Positions 29,852-41,700 of a stretch of DNA of 64,000 nucleotides are shown here, piece after piece. Location of the stretch: contig JAEEJO010000069.1 of assembly GCA_016281915.1 (NCBI GenBank), forward strand, positions 26,990-90,989. The letters run 5' to 3'. The DNA comes from Clostridiales bacterium. Lineage in GTDB: Bacteria > Bacillota > Clostridia > Oscillospirales > UBA644. Under the pieces are notes generated by a model that had not been told where the DNA came from, did not search any database, and saw nothing but the letters and a program-made list of their open reading frames with translations. The position numbers were made by a program, and so were the translations under genes. How positions within the stretch are numbered: the stretch's first letter is position 1; every line of letters begins with the position of its first letter.

Positions 29852-29852
29852 C

Positions 29853-30767
29853 TCAGGGAAGGATGTTGCCAGCGGCCCTATAAAGACTGTACCACTCTTC
29901 GCGCGAGAGCGTGATATCCGCAGCGGTGGAATAGTCGCGGACACGGAAGGAGGTGGTGGTGCCGATAATGGTCTGGATATGAGCGGGATGACGCAGGATC
30001 CAGGCAACGGCGACGGCGGAGGGAGAAACGCCTTTTTCGAGAGCGATGCGTTCAAGCTCGCGGTTAAGTTCGGGATATCTGGGGCTGCCGATAAAAACGC
30101 CTTCAAAAAAACCGAACATAACGGGAGACCATGCCTGAATGGTTATACCGTTGAGACGGCAGTATTCAAGCGCGCCGCCGTCTCTGTTCACGGCGTTTTC
30201 ATGCTTCATATTAACGGTAAGTCCGCAATCTATCATGCCGGTGTGGGCAAGAGAAAACTGAAGCTGATTTGCAACGATCTTTTGCGGCATATATTTCTGC
30301 AAAAGCGCCATCTGCGCGGGATTCTGGTTTGAAACGCCGAAAAATCTTACTTTCCCGCTCTTTTCAAGCTCTGTGAAAGCCTCTGCGACCTCTTCGGGTT
30401 CCATAAGAGTATCGGGGCGGTGCAGAAGAAGAACGTCAAGGTAGTCTGTTTTAAGTCTTTTCAGGCTGCCCTCAACCGAAGAGACGATATGCTCTTTTGA
30501 AAAATCGAAAAACCCTTTTCTGATGCCGCATTTTGACTGAATGATAACTTCGTCTCTTTTTCCCGCAAACGCTTCACCGAATATTTCCTCGCTTTTACCG
30601 CCGCCATAGATATCGGCGTGATCGAAATAATTGATACCGCATTCAAGCGCGGCGTCTATAAGGTTTCTGACGTCATTTTTCTCTTTTCCGGCTATTCTCA
30701 TACAGCCCAGAGCGATTGCGGAAGCTTTGATCTTACCAAGACTGCCAAGGTCGATATATTTCATTTT
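29853..30767 (-). CDS. aldo/keto reductase
   Basis: MKYIDLGSLGKIKASAIALGCMRIAG, then INYFDHADIYGGGKSEE and LLHRPD motifs. Start moved to ATG 30767 (RBS AGAGGCG); the track ORF starts at 30821. Confidence 0.88.
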   Translation of the reverse strand, partial: KMKYIDLGSLGKIKASAIALGCMRIAGKEKNDVRNLIDAALECGINYFDHADIYGGGKSEEIFGEAFAGKRDEVIIQSKCGIRKGFFDFSKEHIVSSVEGSLKRLKTDYLDVLLLHRPDTLMEPEEVAEAFTELEKSGKVRFFGVSNQNPAQMALLQKYMPQKIVANQLQFSLAHTGMIDCGLTVNMKHENAVNRDGGALEYCRLNGITIQAWSPVMFGFFEGVFIGSPRYPELNRELERIALEKGVSPSAVAVAWILRHPAHIQTIIGTTTSFRVRDYSTAADITLSREEWYSLYRAAGNILP

Positions 30768-30789
30768 AACGCCTCTTTTCTTAATTATA

Positions 30790-30832
30790 CAAAAACACGA
30801 AGAACCGGGGGATCGCCTCAATTCTTCGCGTT
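30790..30832 (-). terminator. terminator after rpmB
   Basis: On the - strand, CGAAGAA..TTCTTCG stem followed by GTTTTTGT. Confidence 0.55.
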
Positions 30833-30850
30833 TTATTATATTATTACTGA

Positions 30851-31036
30851 TTATGCGCGGTTAACCTTGCCGGAGCGCAGACAGGATGTGCAAACATAGA
30901 CATGCTTTACGGATCCTTCCACAACGGCTTTGACACGGCGAACGTTCGGCTTCCAGGGTCTGTTGGAGCGTCTGTGTGAGTGCGAGACCTTATTTCCGAA
31001 AACTACGCCTTTACCGCAGAATTCACATTTTGCCAT
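30851..31036 (-). CDS. rpmB: 50S ribosomal protein L28
   Basis: MAKCEFCGKGVVFGNKVSHSHRRSNRPWKPNV matches L28. RBS GGAGGTG. Confidence 0.95.
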   Translation of the reverse strand: MAKCEFCGKGVVFGNKVSHSHRRSNRPWKPNVRRVKAVVEGSVKHVYVCTSCLRSGKVNRA

Positions 31037-31083
31037 GACTTAACACCTCCGTATGAAATGACAAATAAAAGTTACGTTTTAGA

Positions 31084-31818
31084 TCAATAACCGAGTTCCG
31101 TATACCTTTCGTCTATTCTCTTCACTTCCTCGGATCCTCCCGGGAAGTTTACGCTTTTATAGACTGACGGCGAAATGCCTTTTGCAAGCAGCTTTTCGGT
31201 TGCATCGGCGCAGACTGCCCAAAGCATATACGCGGCGGCGAGTCCCGACGCGGGAAAACACCTGTGCTCAACGCCTTCAACCTCTATCATCGCATCGCCC
31301 GCGGGAGCGCAGTTATCAAGAACTATGTCCCCGAGCTCGAAAAGTCTTTTTTTCGACGGATGATCAGATTCAAGCTGAGAAGAGTATTCTTTTGAAGTTA
31401 CGGTTATAAGAACGCAGCCCGCCTCTTTCGCGCAGAGAGCGATATCCACAACGCGTTTGCTCTTTCCGGAAACGGAACCGAGTATAAACACGTCGCCTTT
31501 ACGGACGCTTGAACGCGAAAACGCAAGTCTTGCTTCCGTAAGAGTGTCAAGCTCTATAGGTGAAGGGACGTTTCTTTCGCGCTTATTCGATTCAACGGTA
31601 AAGGTATAGTTGAAACGTTTGATAAACGCAAAACCGCCCGCGCGGCATATAAGCTCGTTGTTTATGATGTGGCCGCTGTCGAAAATATGCACCTGACCGC
31701 CCGAAGAAATACAGTCCGCTATGGCCTGAGCCGCCGCGGAAATGCTTTCGCTCTGCGTATCGCGTATTTTTTTCTGAAGAGCGTCCACTGCTCCGTAAAA
31801 TTCGTTGAGAAGACTCAT
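31084..31818 (-). CDS. SIS (sugar isomerase/phosphosugar-binding) domain protein, UPF0309-like
   Basis: 244 aa. N-terminal helix followed by a SIS fold (GGQVHIFDSGH..VFILGSVSGKSKRVVD). Paralog of the adjacent gene. Confidence 0.7.
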   Translation of the reverse strand: MSLLNEFYGAVDALQKKIRDTQSESISAAAQAIADCISSGGQVHIFDSGHIINNELICRAGGFAFIKRFNYTFTVESNKRERNVPSPIELDTLTEARLAFSRSSVRKGDVFILGSVSGKSKRVVDIALCAKEAGCVLITVTSKEYSSQLESDHPSKKRLFELGDIVLDNCAPAGDAMIEVEGVEHRCFPASGLAAAYMLWAVCADATEKLLAKGISPSVYKSVNFPGGSEEVKRIDERYTELGY

Positions 31819-31827
31819 TTTTTCTCC

Positions 31828-32565
31828 TTACATATACGTGATAAGGTCTCCGTATTGAGAAAGGACCTTTTTGTTGTGTTCGTCTCCGCCGTCAAGATTC
31901 GCACTCATGAAAACGGGAGGTGTCTTTCCTTTTGCAAGAAAGATGCCTATCGCTTCGGCGATCACGGCGTTGAGTATCGCCGCTCCGGCTGCGGTTGACG
32001 TAGGACCGGACTTTTCTGGGAATCCGTCAAACGAAACGGCCGCGTCTCCGACGTCCCCGCAATTGTCAAGAACAAGGGGGCACACCTCAAAAAGCCGTTT
32101 TTGGCTTGAATGGCGTGATGAGACGGACTTTGAATATTTCACGTTGGTAAGACATGCAACAAAAACTCCGCGCTTTTCGGCTTCAAGAGCCATATCGATG
32201 CTTACGGGGTTTCTGCCGGATACGGAATGGATAAGCAAAAAGTCGCCTTTCTGCAGGTTTTTGCGGGAAATGACCGTTGCGCCGTAGCCTTCGATGCGCT
32301 CTATATCGGTAGTGAGCGTTACGGGTGTAACGTCAAGCTCAAGACCGGGCGCAAAGATGGGGTTTACGGTAACAAGACCGCCGGAACGGTAAAAAAGCTC
32401 TTTTGCGAGCAATCCCGCATGTCCGCAGCCCGCCGCGAATACTTTATGACCGGAAAGGGTCGTATCAACGATCTTTTCGGCGCATTTTTCTATCGCTTCG
32501 GTCTGGGTCTCCCTTATTTCACGGAGGATATTGTCAAGCTTTGAAAAGTAAATTTCAGAATACAC
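31828..32565 (-). CDS. SIS domain protein, UPF0309-like (paralog)
   Basis: 245 aa with the same architecture (GHKVFAAGCGHAG..FLLIHSVSGRNPVSID). Shared QKRLFE..VLDNC block with its neighbour. RBS GGAGGG 43 nt after the rplL stop, with no hairpin between. Confidence 0.7.
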   Translation of the reverse strand: MYSEIYFSKLDNILREIRETQTEAIEKCAEKIVDTTLSGHKVFAAGCGHAGLLAKELFYRSGGLVTVNPIFAPGLELDVTPVTLTTDIERIEGYGATVISRKNLQKGDFLLIHSVSGRNPVSIDMALEAEKRGVFVACLTNVKYSKSVSSRHSSQKRLFEVCPLVLDNCGDVGDAAVSFDGFPEKSGPTSTAAGAAILNAVIAEAIGIFLAKGKTPPVFMSANLDGGDEHNKKVLSQYGDLITYM

Positions 32566-32608
32566 GTTTTCCCTCCGTCAGGCGACTGCCATATCAAACA
32601 AGAGATGA

Positions 32609-32983
32609 TTATTTGAGTTCGACTGTAGCGCCTGCGTCTTCAAGAGTTTTCTTGAGAGCTTCAGCTTCGTCTGCAGAAACTTTCTCTTTGATGGCTTTGG
32701 GAGCGCCGTCAACGATTTCTTTAGCTTCTTTAAGACCGAGACCTGTGATCTCTTTAACTGCTTTGATAACTGCCATTTTGCTTGCGCCTGCATCCATAAG
32801 CATTACGTTGAATTCAGTCTGAGCTGCGGGAGCTGCTGCTTCAGCGGGAGCTGCTGCTACGGCTGCAACGGGTGCTGCGGATACGCCGAATTCTTCCTCG
32901 ATTGCCTTTACGAGATCAGCGAGTTCGAGGATGGTGAGGGATTTGATATCTTCTAAGATTTTAAGGGATTTTTCAGTAGCCAT
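32609..32983 (-). CDS. rplL: 50S ribosomal protein L7/L12
   Basis: Alanine-rich hinge [19 protein letters not shown] and a conserved C-terminal domain [16 protein letters not shown]. Confidence 0.97.
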   Translation of the reverse strand: MATEKSLKILEDIKSLTILELADLVKAIEEEFGVSAAPVAAVAAAPAEAAAPAAQTEFNVMLMDAGASKMAVIKAVKEITGLGLKEAKEIVDGAPKAIKEKVSADEAEALKKTLEDAGATVELK

Positions 32984-33037
32984 TTTAATTTTCCTCCTGG
33001 TTATTTACTGATTTGATTTGTTTACGCCGTCAGGCGA

Positions 33038-33556
33038 TCATTCTGCGGCAGGGGCTTCTTCTCCGCCGTTCTCTTTGTCGATTTTTGCCTGAAGTACATA
33101 TGCAAGGCCGTAAAGAGGACCCTGGATACTTCCGAGAAGCTTTGCGATAAGACCTTCTTTCGAAGGGATCTTTGAAAGCTCGATAACGCCGTTTGCGTCA
33201 AGCGTTTCACCGTCGATGAAACCTGCTTTTACGACCAGCGCTTCATGCTTCTTTGCGAATTCGCAGATTATCTTTGCGGGAGCCGTGTAATCTTCGCTTG
33301 TAGCGAGAGCTGTGGTTCCGTTAAAGACATCGGAAAGAGCGTCGTAGCCGACGTTTTTAGCTGCCATTCTGGTAAGAGTATTCTTAACTACGCTGTATTC
33401 AACGTTGTTTTTGCGAAGCTCTTTACGAAGCGCGGTGTCGTCTGCAACGTTCAGTCCCGAATAGCTTACGATAACACCGGATTTTGCGTTTTTTATACGG
33501 TCTGTAAGCTCGGAAACGATCTGCTTTTTCTCTTCAAGAATTTTGTTGCTCGGCAT
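33038..33556 (-). CDS. rplJ: 50S ribosomal protein L10
   Basis: MPSNKILEEKKQIVSELTDRIK. Start at ATG 33556 with RBS GGAGGTGA. The track ORF start (33706) runs through the leader RNA. Confidence 0.93.
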   Translation of the reverse strand: MPSNKILEEKKQIVSELTDRIKNAKSGVIVSYSGLNVADDTALRKELRKNNVEYSVVKNTLTRMAAKNVGYDALSDVFNGTTALATSEDYTAPAKIICEFAKKHEALVVKAGFIDGETLDANGVIELSKIPSKEGLIAKLLGSIQGPLYGLAYVLQAKIDKENGGEEAPAAE

Positions 33557-33761
33557 TGTTTTGTCACCTCCCAAATGTAACTGATGCCGTGTGTTCAGTC
33601 TCCCGGACGATAAAAGAAATGCTCTTTCAAAACAGCACTGTCTTGAAAGAGCGGATAATTCCATAATAAAATGAAAATTAAAATCTCTTCCTCGACAGGC
33701 ATACATTAAGACGGATATCCGTCGCCTGTTGTCTCAGGAAACACTTGCCCGCATTGCGAGC
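33557..33761 (-). promoter_or_regulatory. ribosomal protein L10 leader (autoregulatory 5' UTR with attenuator hairpin)
   Basis: About 200-nt leader between a consensus promoter and rplJ. Nested helix ACAGGC-GACGGA-tat-CCGTC..GCCTGT. A terminator-like hairpin GCTCTTTCAA..TTGAAAGAGC plus U-run lies at 33611-33652 on the - strand. Position and layout fit the Firmicutes L10 leader. Confidence 0.55.
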
Positions 33762-33767
33762 TTAACT

Positions 33768-33796
33768 ATTATATCTCAGATTACGCTTTTTGTCAA
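33768..33796 (-). promoter_or_regulatory. consensus sigma-A promoter of the rplJL unit
   Basis: On the - strand: TTGACA (33796-33791), 17-nt spacer, TATAAT (33773-33768). Confidence 0.75.
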
Positions 33797-33912
33797 GCGC
33801 GATTGCGCGCTATTTTATGAATTTTTTGTTAAATACAAAAGCGTTATGTTTTTTCAGGAACAATGTCTTAAAAATCTGAAGCATTAACGCCTGATTCCCT
33901 TATATACCCCGT

Positions 33913-36319
<2,407 letters not shown>

Positions 36320-36342
<23 letters not shown>

Positions 36343-36691
36343 GGTAGTTGTTCAGATCCATTTCCGTTCCGTCCTTCCAGAAACGCTCAAGATCATAGAA
36401 TTTACGCGCTTCTTTTGTGTAAACGTGGACGATAACGTCGTAATAGTCAAGCAGTATCCAGCCTCCCTCGGGCTTTCCCTCGCGGTGGCCGAGCTTGTAT
36501 CCTGCCTGCGCCATCTGATATTCGCATTCGTCTGCAAGAGTGCGGACCTGCGTTGTCGAGGTTCCGTTGCAGATGACGAAATATGACGTAAGAGTTGTTA
36601 TCTCGTCTATTTTTATTACTTTGATATCCGAAGCGTTCTTTGAATCAAGAGCGTTTACGGCTTTTTTTACCATTTGTTCTATCATTTTCAT
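36320..36691 (-). CDS. rsfS: ribosome silencing factor RsfS
   Basis: 123 aa. DYYDVIVHVYTKEARKFYDLERFW is a family signature. Conserved position after nadD/yqeK. Confidence 0.9.
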
Positions 36692-36696
36692 TCCCC

Positions 36697-37860
36697 TTAT
36701 CTGTAACCGTTTTTTATATATTCGTCATACATTTCAAGCGTGTCTTTGTGAACGGGTTCGCCTTTTTTCCTCTTGTCCTCTATTATCCACCGCATACCCT
36801 CGAAAAGCGCCCTGTCAAGATCGCGAAGCGACAGCTCGCGGTAATAGTCAACGTCCGAATAATCTCTCGTCGGTTCGGTAAAATCGGAAACGTAGATTAT
36901 TTTTTCAAGAAGCGTTATGCCTTTTCTGCCCGTGGTGTGGTATCTTGCGGCTGAAACGATATCGGCGTCGGTTATCCCGAGCCTGTTTTTTATAAACCAT
37001 GCGCCTGTGACGGCGTGAATGACCTGAGGAGAATTTATATCGTCTTCAGTCAGCTCAATGCCGTTTTCTTTGCAAAACCTTATCTGTTCTTCCGGACCGA
37101 GATTTTTGGTTATATCGTGTAAAAGGCCGGCGATCTCGGCTTTTTTACCGTCTGCGCCGTAAAGAGATGCAAGCTTTTTTGCCGTTTTTGCAACGCCGAG
37201 TGAGTGGGAGAAACGTTTTTCCGAAAGTCTTTCGCGAAGCGTCTTTTTTATAGGATAAACATCAAAGCCGTAAAGCGACCGTGTTTCGATATACTCCGCA
37301 ACGCCTTTCGGGACGTATGCATAAAAATCTCCGCCTGTTTCAAGAAGAGACCTTACGCTGCTTGACGATATGACCTCGGGAGAAAACGGATACACTTCCG
37401 TTTTCGCACCGTATTTTTCTTTAAGAAAGTCAGCCTGTTTTAAAAGTGCGTCGGTATCGTCTCCCGTTCTTGTAAACGCGGCAACGGAGCAAAGAGCCAG
37501 TATCCTTTCCGGTTTATACCACGTGTGAAGGGAAAGGAACATATCCGAACCGGTGTAAAGAACAAGAGAATCACCGGGAAATTTTTCCTTCAGCCATTCA
37601 AGCGTTTCTACCGTATAGCTTTTTCCGCCTTTTTTTATCTCGTAGTCACAGAGCATTGCGCCTTGAATACCGGAAAATGCGATCTTAGACATCTCAAGCC
37701 GGTCTTTATCGGAAGTCGTTCCCGAATTTTTATGCGGTGGAACGCCTGTGGGGATAACAAAAACCCTGTCAAGCCGGCATCTTTCCGCAAATTCGCGAAG
37801 CGCCGCAACGTGACCGTTGTGCGGAGGATCGAAAGTGCCTCCGAAAATTCCCGTCCTCAT
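36697..37860 (-). CDS. nadD: fusion of nicotinate-nucleotide adenylyltransferase (NadD) and YqeK-type HD phosphohydrolase
   Basis: N-terminal GIFGGTFDPPHNGH (NadD). The C-terminal half carries HSLGVAKTA..LLHDITK..YHTTG (YqeK HD domain) in a single 387-aa ORF. Confidence 0.88.
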   Translation of the reverse strand: MRTGIFGGTFDPPHNGHVAALREFAERCRLDRVFVIPTGVPPHKNSGTTSDKDRLEMSKIAFSGIQGAMLCDYEIKKGGKSYTVETLEWLKEKFPGDSLVLYTGSDMFLSLHTWYKPERILALCSVAAFTRTGDDTDALLKQADFLKEKYGAKTEVYPFSPEVISSSSVRSLLETGGDFYAYVPKGVAEYIETRSLYGFDVYPIKKTLRERLSEKRFSHSLGVAKTAKKLASLYGADGKKAEIAGLLHDITKNLGPEEQIRFCKENGIELTEDDINSPQVIHAVTGAWFIKNRLGITDADIVSAARYHTTGRKGITLLEKIIYVSDFTEPTRDYSDVDYYRELSLRDLDRALFEGMRWIIEDKRKKGEPVHKDTLEMYDEYIKNGYR

Positions 37861-38144
37861 TTCGGAAGCTCTATTTTAGGCTTTTTGGAACGTCTGTATA
37901 AAACCGCCTTGGAGCCTATGGTGCAGATGACCTCTGCAGAGCATTTTTCGGCAAGTTCGTTTGCCGCCTGCGCCGGGGTAATCTCGCAGTTTTCAAGACA
38001 TTTAAGCTTTATCAGCTCTCTTGCCTCAAGTGCGTCGTCCGCCTGTTTTACTATATTGTCGCTCATTCCGCCTTTGCCGATATGCAGTATGGCTTCCTGC
38101 TTTGACGCGAGAGAACGAAGATATGCGCGCTGTTTACTTGTCAT
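37857..38144 (-). CDS. yhbY: YhbY-family (CRM domain) RNA-binding ribosome assembly protein
   Basis: LTSKQRAYLRSLA..ILHIGKGG signature. 95 aa. Confidence 0.88.
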   Translation of the reverse strand: MTSKQRAYLRSLASKQEAILHIGKGGMSDNIVKQADDALEARELIKLKCLENCEITPAQAANELAEKCSAEVICTIGSKAVLYRRSKKPKIELPK

Positions 38145-38761
38145 ATATTTCCTTCCGTCTGTATGAGCTGCGCGAGCTTGTTTTTCAGCTGTGCAAGCGC
38201 GTGCGCTCTGTGGCTTATAATGTTTTTTACGCTTCCGTCAAGCTCCGCAAACGTTTTGCCGTATTCCTCAACAAGAAAGTAGGGATCATAGCCGAAACCG
38301 TTGTTTCCTCTCGGGTCGTGCGTTATCACTCCGGGACATTCGCCTTCGGCTGTAACGGTTTTTCCGTCCGGCCATACGATAGCTACCGCGCTTCTGAAAA
38401 CGGCGCGTCTGTCGTCCGTCCCTTCCATTTTTCGGATAAGCTTTTCGTTGTTTTTTTCGTCCGAGGCGTTTTCGTGTTCGCCCTCGGCGCAGGCGTATCT
38501 TGCGGAATAAACGCCGGGCGCTCCGTTCAGAGCAAAAACGCAAAGTCCGCTGTCATCGGCGATAGACGGCTTTCCGCTCGCCTCGCACGCGGCTTTCGCC
38601 TTTATTATGGCGTTTTCCAGAAACGTTTTGCCCGTTTCTTCGGGGTCTGATACAACGCCTGCTTCCGAAAGAGATACGGGATCAAAAATATCGCCGAGTA
38701 TCTGTTTTATCTCGCGTATTTTATTTTTATTGTTTGACGCTACAACAAGTGTTCTGTCCAT
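38141..38761 (-). CDS. rdgB: RdgB/HAM1-family non-canonical purine NTP pyrophosphatase
   Basis: LVVASNNKNKIREI, ETGKTFLENA and DDSGL motifs. Start at ATG 38761, one nt after the purL stop; the track ORF starts at 38791. Confidence 0.9.
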   Translation of the reverse strand: MDRTLVVASNNKNKIREIKQILGDIFDPVSLSEAGVVSDPEETGKTFLENAIIKAKAACEASGKPSIADDSGLCVFALNGAPGVYSARYACAEGEHENASDEKNNEKLIRKMEGTDDRRAVFRSAVAIVWPDGKTVTAEGECPGVITHDPRGNNGFGYDPYFLVEEYGKTFAELDGSVKNIISHRAHALAQLKNKLAQLIQTEGNI

Positions 38762-38762
38762 T

Positions 38763-41700
38763 TTATCTGAAATACTCCACTCCCGCCTCAAAGATCTTCA
38801 TGTCTTTTCTGCCGGGGATATTTATTGCAATGTTTTCACCGCGGCGCTCGCAGTGACCCATTTTGCCGAATATCTTGCCGTCCGGCGAGAAAATGCCTTC
38901 GATCGCGTCCGCAGAAGTGTTGGGGTTGAATTTTATATCCATCGAGGGCGCGCCGGATTTATCGACGTACTGTGTTGCGATCTGTCCGTTTTTCGCAAGA
39001 AGCGAAAGCATTTCGGGAGAAGCAACGAATCGACCCTCGCCGTGAGAAACGGGGATAGAGTAGATATCGCCGAGCGCACAGTTGTTCATCCAGGGAGATT
39101 TTAACGATGAAACTCTCGTGTCAACATAAAGCGACTGATGTCTGCCGATGGAATTGAAAGTGAGTGTGGGAGACGTTTCATCTATATCGCGTATCTCGCC
39201 GTAAGGCAGAAGACCGAGCTTTATCAGCGCCTGGAAACCGTTGCATATGCCGAGGATAAGGAAGTCGTATGTTTTTATACGGCTGTTTACTATCTCTTTT
39301 ATGCGCTCGTTGCGGAAGAACGTTGCGATAAACTTACCGGATCCTTCCGGCTCGTCGCCGCCCGAAAAGCCGCCGGGGATCATAAGTATCTGCGCCGTGC
39401 GAAGCGCTCTTTCAAGTCTTTCAACGCTGCCCGAAATATCGAGAGCCGTGCGGTTTCTTATAAGAAGGATCTCTGTTTCGGCGCCTGCGGTTTCAAACGC
39501 GCGGGCGGAATCGTATTCGCAGTTCGTGCCGGGGAACGCAGGAATAACGACCTTCGGTCTTGCGATCTTCACAGCCGGAGCCTTGTCCGTTCTGTTTTCG
39601 CAGACGTATTTTTTCGCCGTGCCCTTCGCTTCTCTGCATTCAAGCGGGAAAACGTCTTCAAGCACCGATTTCCATGTTCTGATGAGACTGTCGAGAAATA
39701 CGCTTTCGCCTTTGTATGATATGCACTTAGCCGAGGTCACTCTGCCCACTTTTTTGAATCCGCTCATGGGAGTGTCGGTTTCGAAAATGAATCCGCCGTA
39801 TAAAGGAGCGAAAAGCGTTTCTTCGTCAAGACCGGAAGAAAGCTCAACTCCTTTTCCGTTGCCCGCCGCCATCTTAAAGACTGCTTCGGCGATACCGCCT
39901 GACGTTATTGCGGAGCACGCTTTGCAGAAATCACAGTTTACTACCGCATGCATAAGCGCAAAATTCTCTTTGAGAGCCGCGAATTTGGGCAGTCCGCTCT
40001 TTGTATATTCGGGAAGACATGCGTAAATATAGCCGTTTTCCGTTTTGAATTCGTTTGACTTGACTTTATCCGCGTCCGCGGTTGATACAGCAAACGAAAC
40101 GAGCGTAGGCGGAACGTCTATATCTTCGAAAGTTCCGGACATCGAGTCTTTGCCGCCTATTGCCGCTATGCCGAGCCCTACCTGTGCCGTTAGCGCGCCA
40201 AGAAGTGCTTCAAAAGGCTTGCCCCAGCGCTCGGGATCGTTTTTCGTGCTTTCGAAATATTCCTGAAGAGAAAGCCACATTCTTTCGGGAGGACAGCCTG
40301 CCGCGATAAGCTTTGCAACGCTTTCGACTATTGCAAAAACAGCGCCTTTGAACGGTCTTTCCGATGACAGATAAGGATCGAAACCGTATGCCATCACGGA
40401 AGCCGTGCCGCTTTCGCCTTTAAGACACGGGATCTTTGCCGCCATCGCCTGCGCAGGAGTGAGCTGATCTTTTCCGCCGAACGGCCACAGAACGCTTCTT
40501 GCGCCTATCGAGCCGTCAAAACGTTCGACAAGTCCTTTCTGACAGCAGACGTTGAGATCGGAAACAAGAGCGTTCATCCTTTCCGCAAATCCCGCAAAAC
40601 CGGGTTCTTTTGCGCGCTCTTCCTTTTCGGGAACCTTAACTTCGGTATGCTTTTCCGCGCCGTTGCTGTTAAGAAAATCGCGGGAAATGTTTACGGTCTC
40701 TTTGCCGTTCCAATGCATAACAAGCCTGTTAGTATCGGTTACAACAGCTATCTGAACGGCGTTCAGGTTTTCTTCCGCAGCATATTTTATAAACGTTTCG
40801 GCGTCGTTTTTATCAACGACGACCGCCATTCTTTCCTGCGATTCCGAAATCGCAAGCTCCGTGCCGTCAAGGCCTTCATATTTTTTCGGGACCTTGTCGA
40901 GGTCGATGTCAAGCCCGTCGGCAAGTTCACCGACGGCGACCGATACGCCGCCCGCGCCGAAATCGTTGCAGCGCTTGATAAGCCTTGTGACCTCGGGTCT
41001 TCTGAACATTTTCTGTATTTTAAGCTCTTCTACGGGATTGCCCTTCTGGACCTCCGCGCCGCATTCGGTTATGGAATCGAGAGTGTGCTGCTTTGACGAA
41101 CCGGTAGCTCCGCCGCAGCCGTCTCTTCCCGTAGCGCCGCCAAGAAGGATTATAACGTCGCCCGGTTCGGGTCTTTCGCGGACAACGTTCGCAGCGTCCG
41201 CAGCGCCTATTACCGCGCCTATCTCCATTCTCTTTGCAACGTAGCCTTCATGGTAAAATTCATTTACTATGCCGGTGGCAAGTCCTATCTGATTGCCGTA
41301 TGAGCTGTAGCCCGCGGCGGCTGTCGTGGTTATTTTTCTCTGAGGCAGCTTGCCTTTAAGCGTTTTTTCAAACGGAACGCGGGGATCGGCGGCTCCCGTA
41401 ACTCTCATTGCCTGATAAACGTATGCACGTCCGGAAAGAGGATCTCTTATCGCTCCGCCAAGGCACGTTGCCGCTCCGCCGAAAGGTTCGATCTCGGTGG
41501 GGTGGTTGTGCGTTTCGTTTTTGAACATAAGCAGAGTGTCTCTTTCAACGCCGTCGACCTTCGCCTTGATTTTTACGGAACATGCGTTTATCTCTTCAGA
41601 AACGTCGAGATCTTTCAGTATGCCGCGTTTTTTCAGCAGTTTTCCTCCGATGGTGGCTATATCCATAAGGCAGACGGGCTTGCTTGTGCCTAGCTCTTCG

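Noticed and set aside
29562-30332. Track ORFs 29562-29744 (+, 60 aa) and 29766-30332 (+, 188 aa) as real genes
   Set aside because: The first is assembled from repeat sequence with no RBS. The second starts inside repeat unit 2 and runs antisense through the well-supported aldo/keto reductase CDS. The 103-nt repeat period breaks any common frame.
33557-33706. Track ORF extension of rplJ (start 33706)
   Set aside because: The extra 50 codons (MYACRGRDFNFHF..) are unlike L10 and overlap the structured leader and attenuator. The start at 33556 has a GGAGGTGA RBS.
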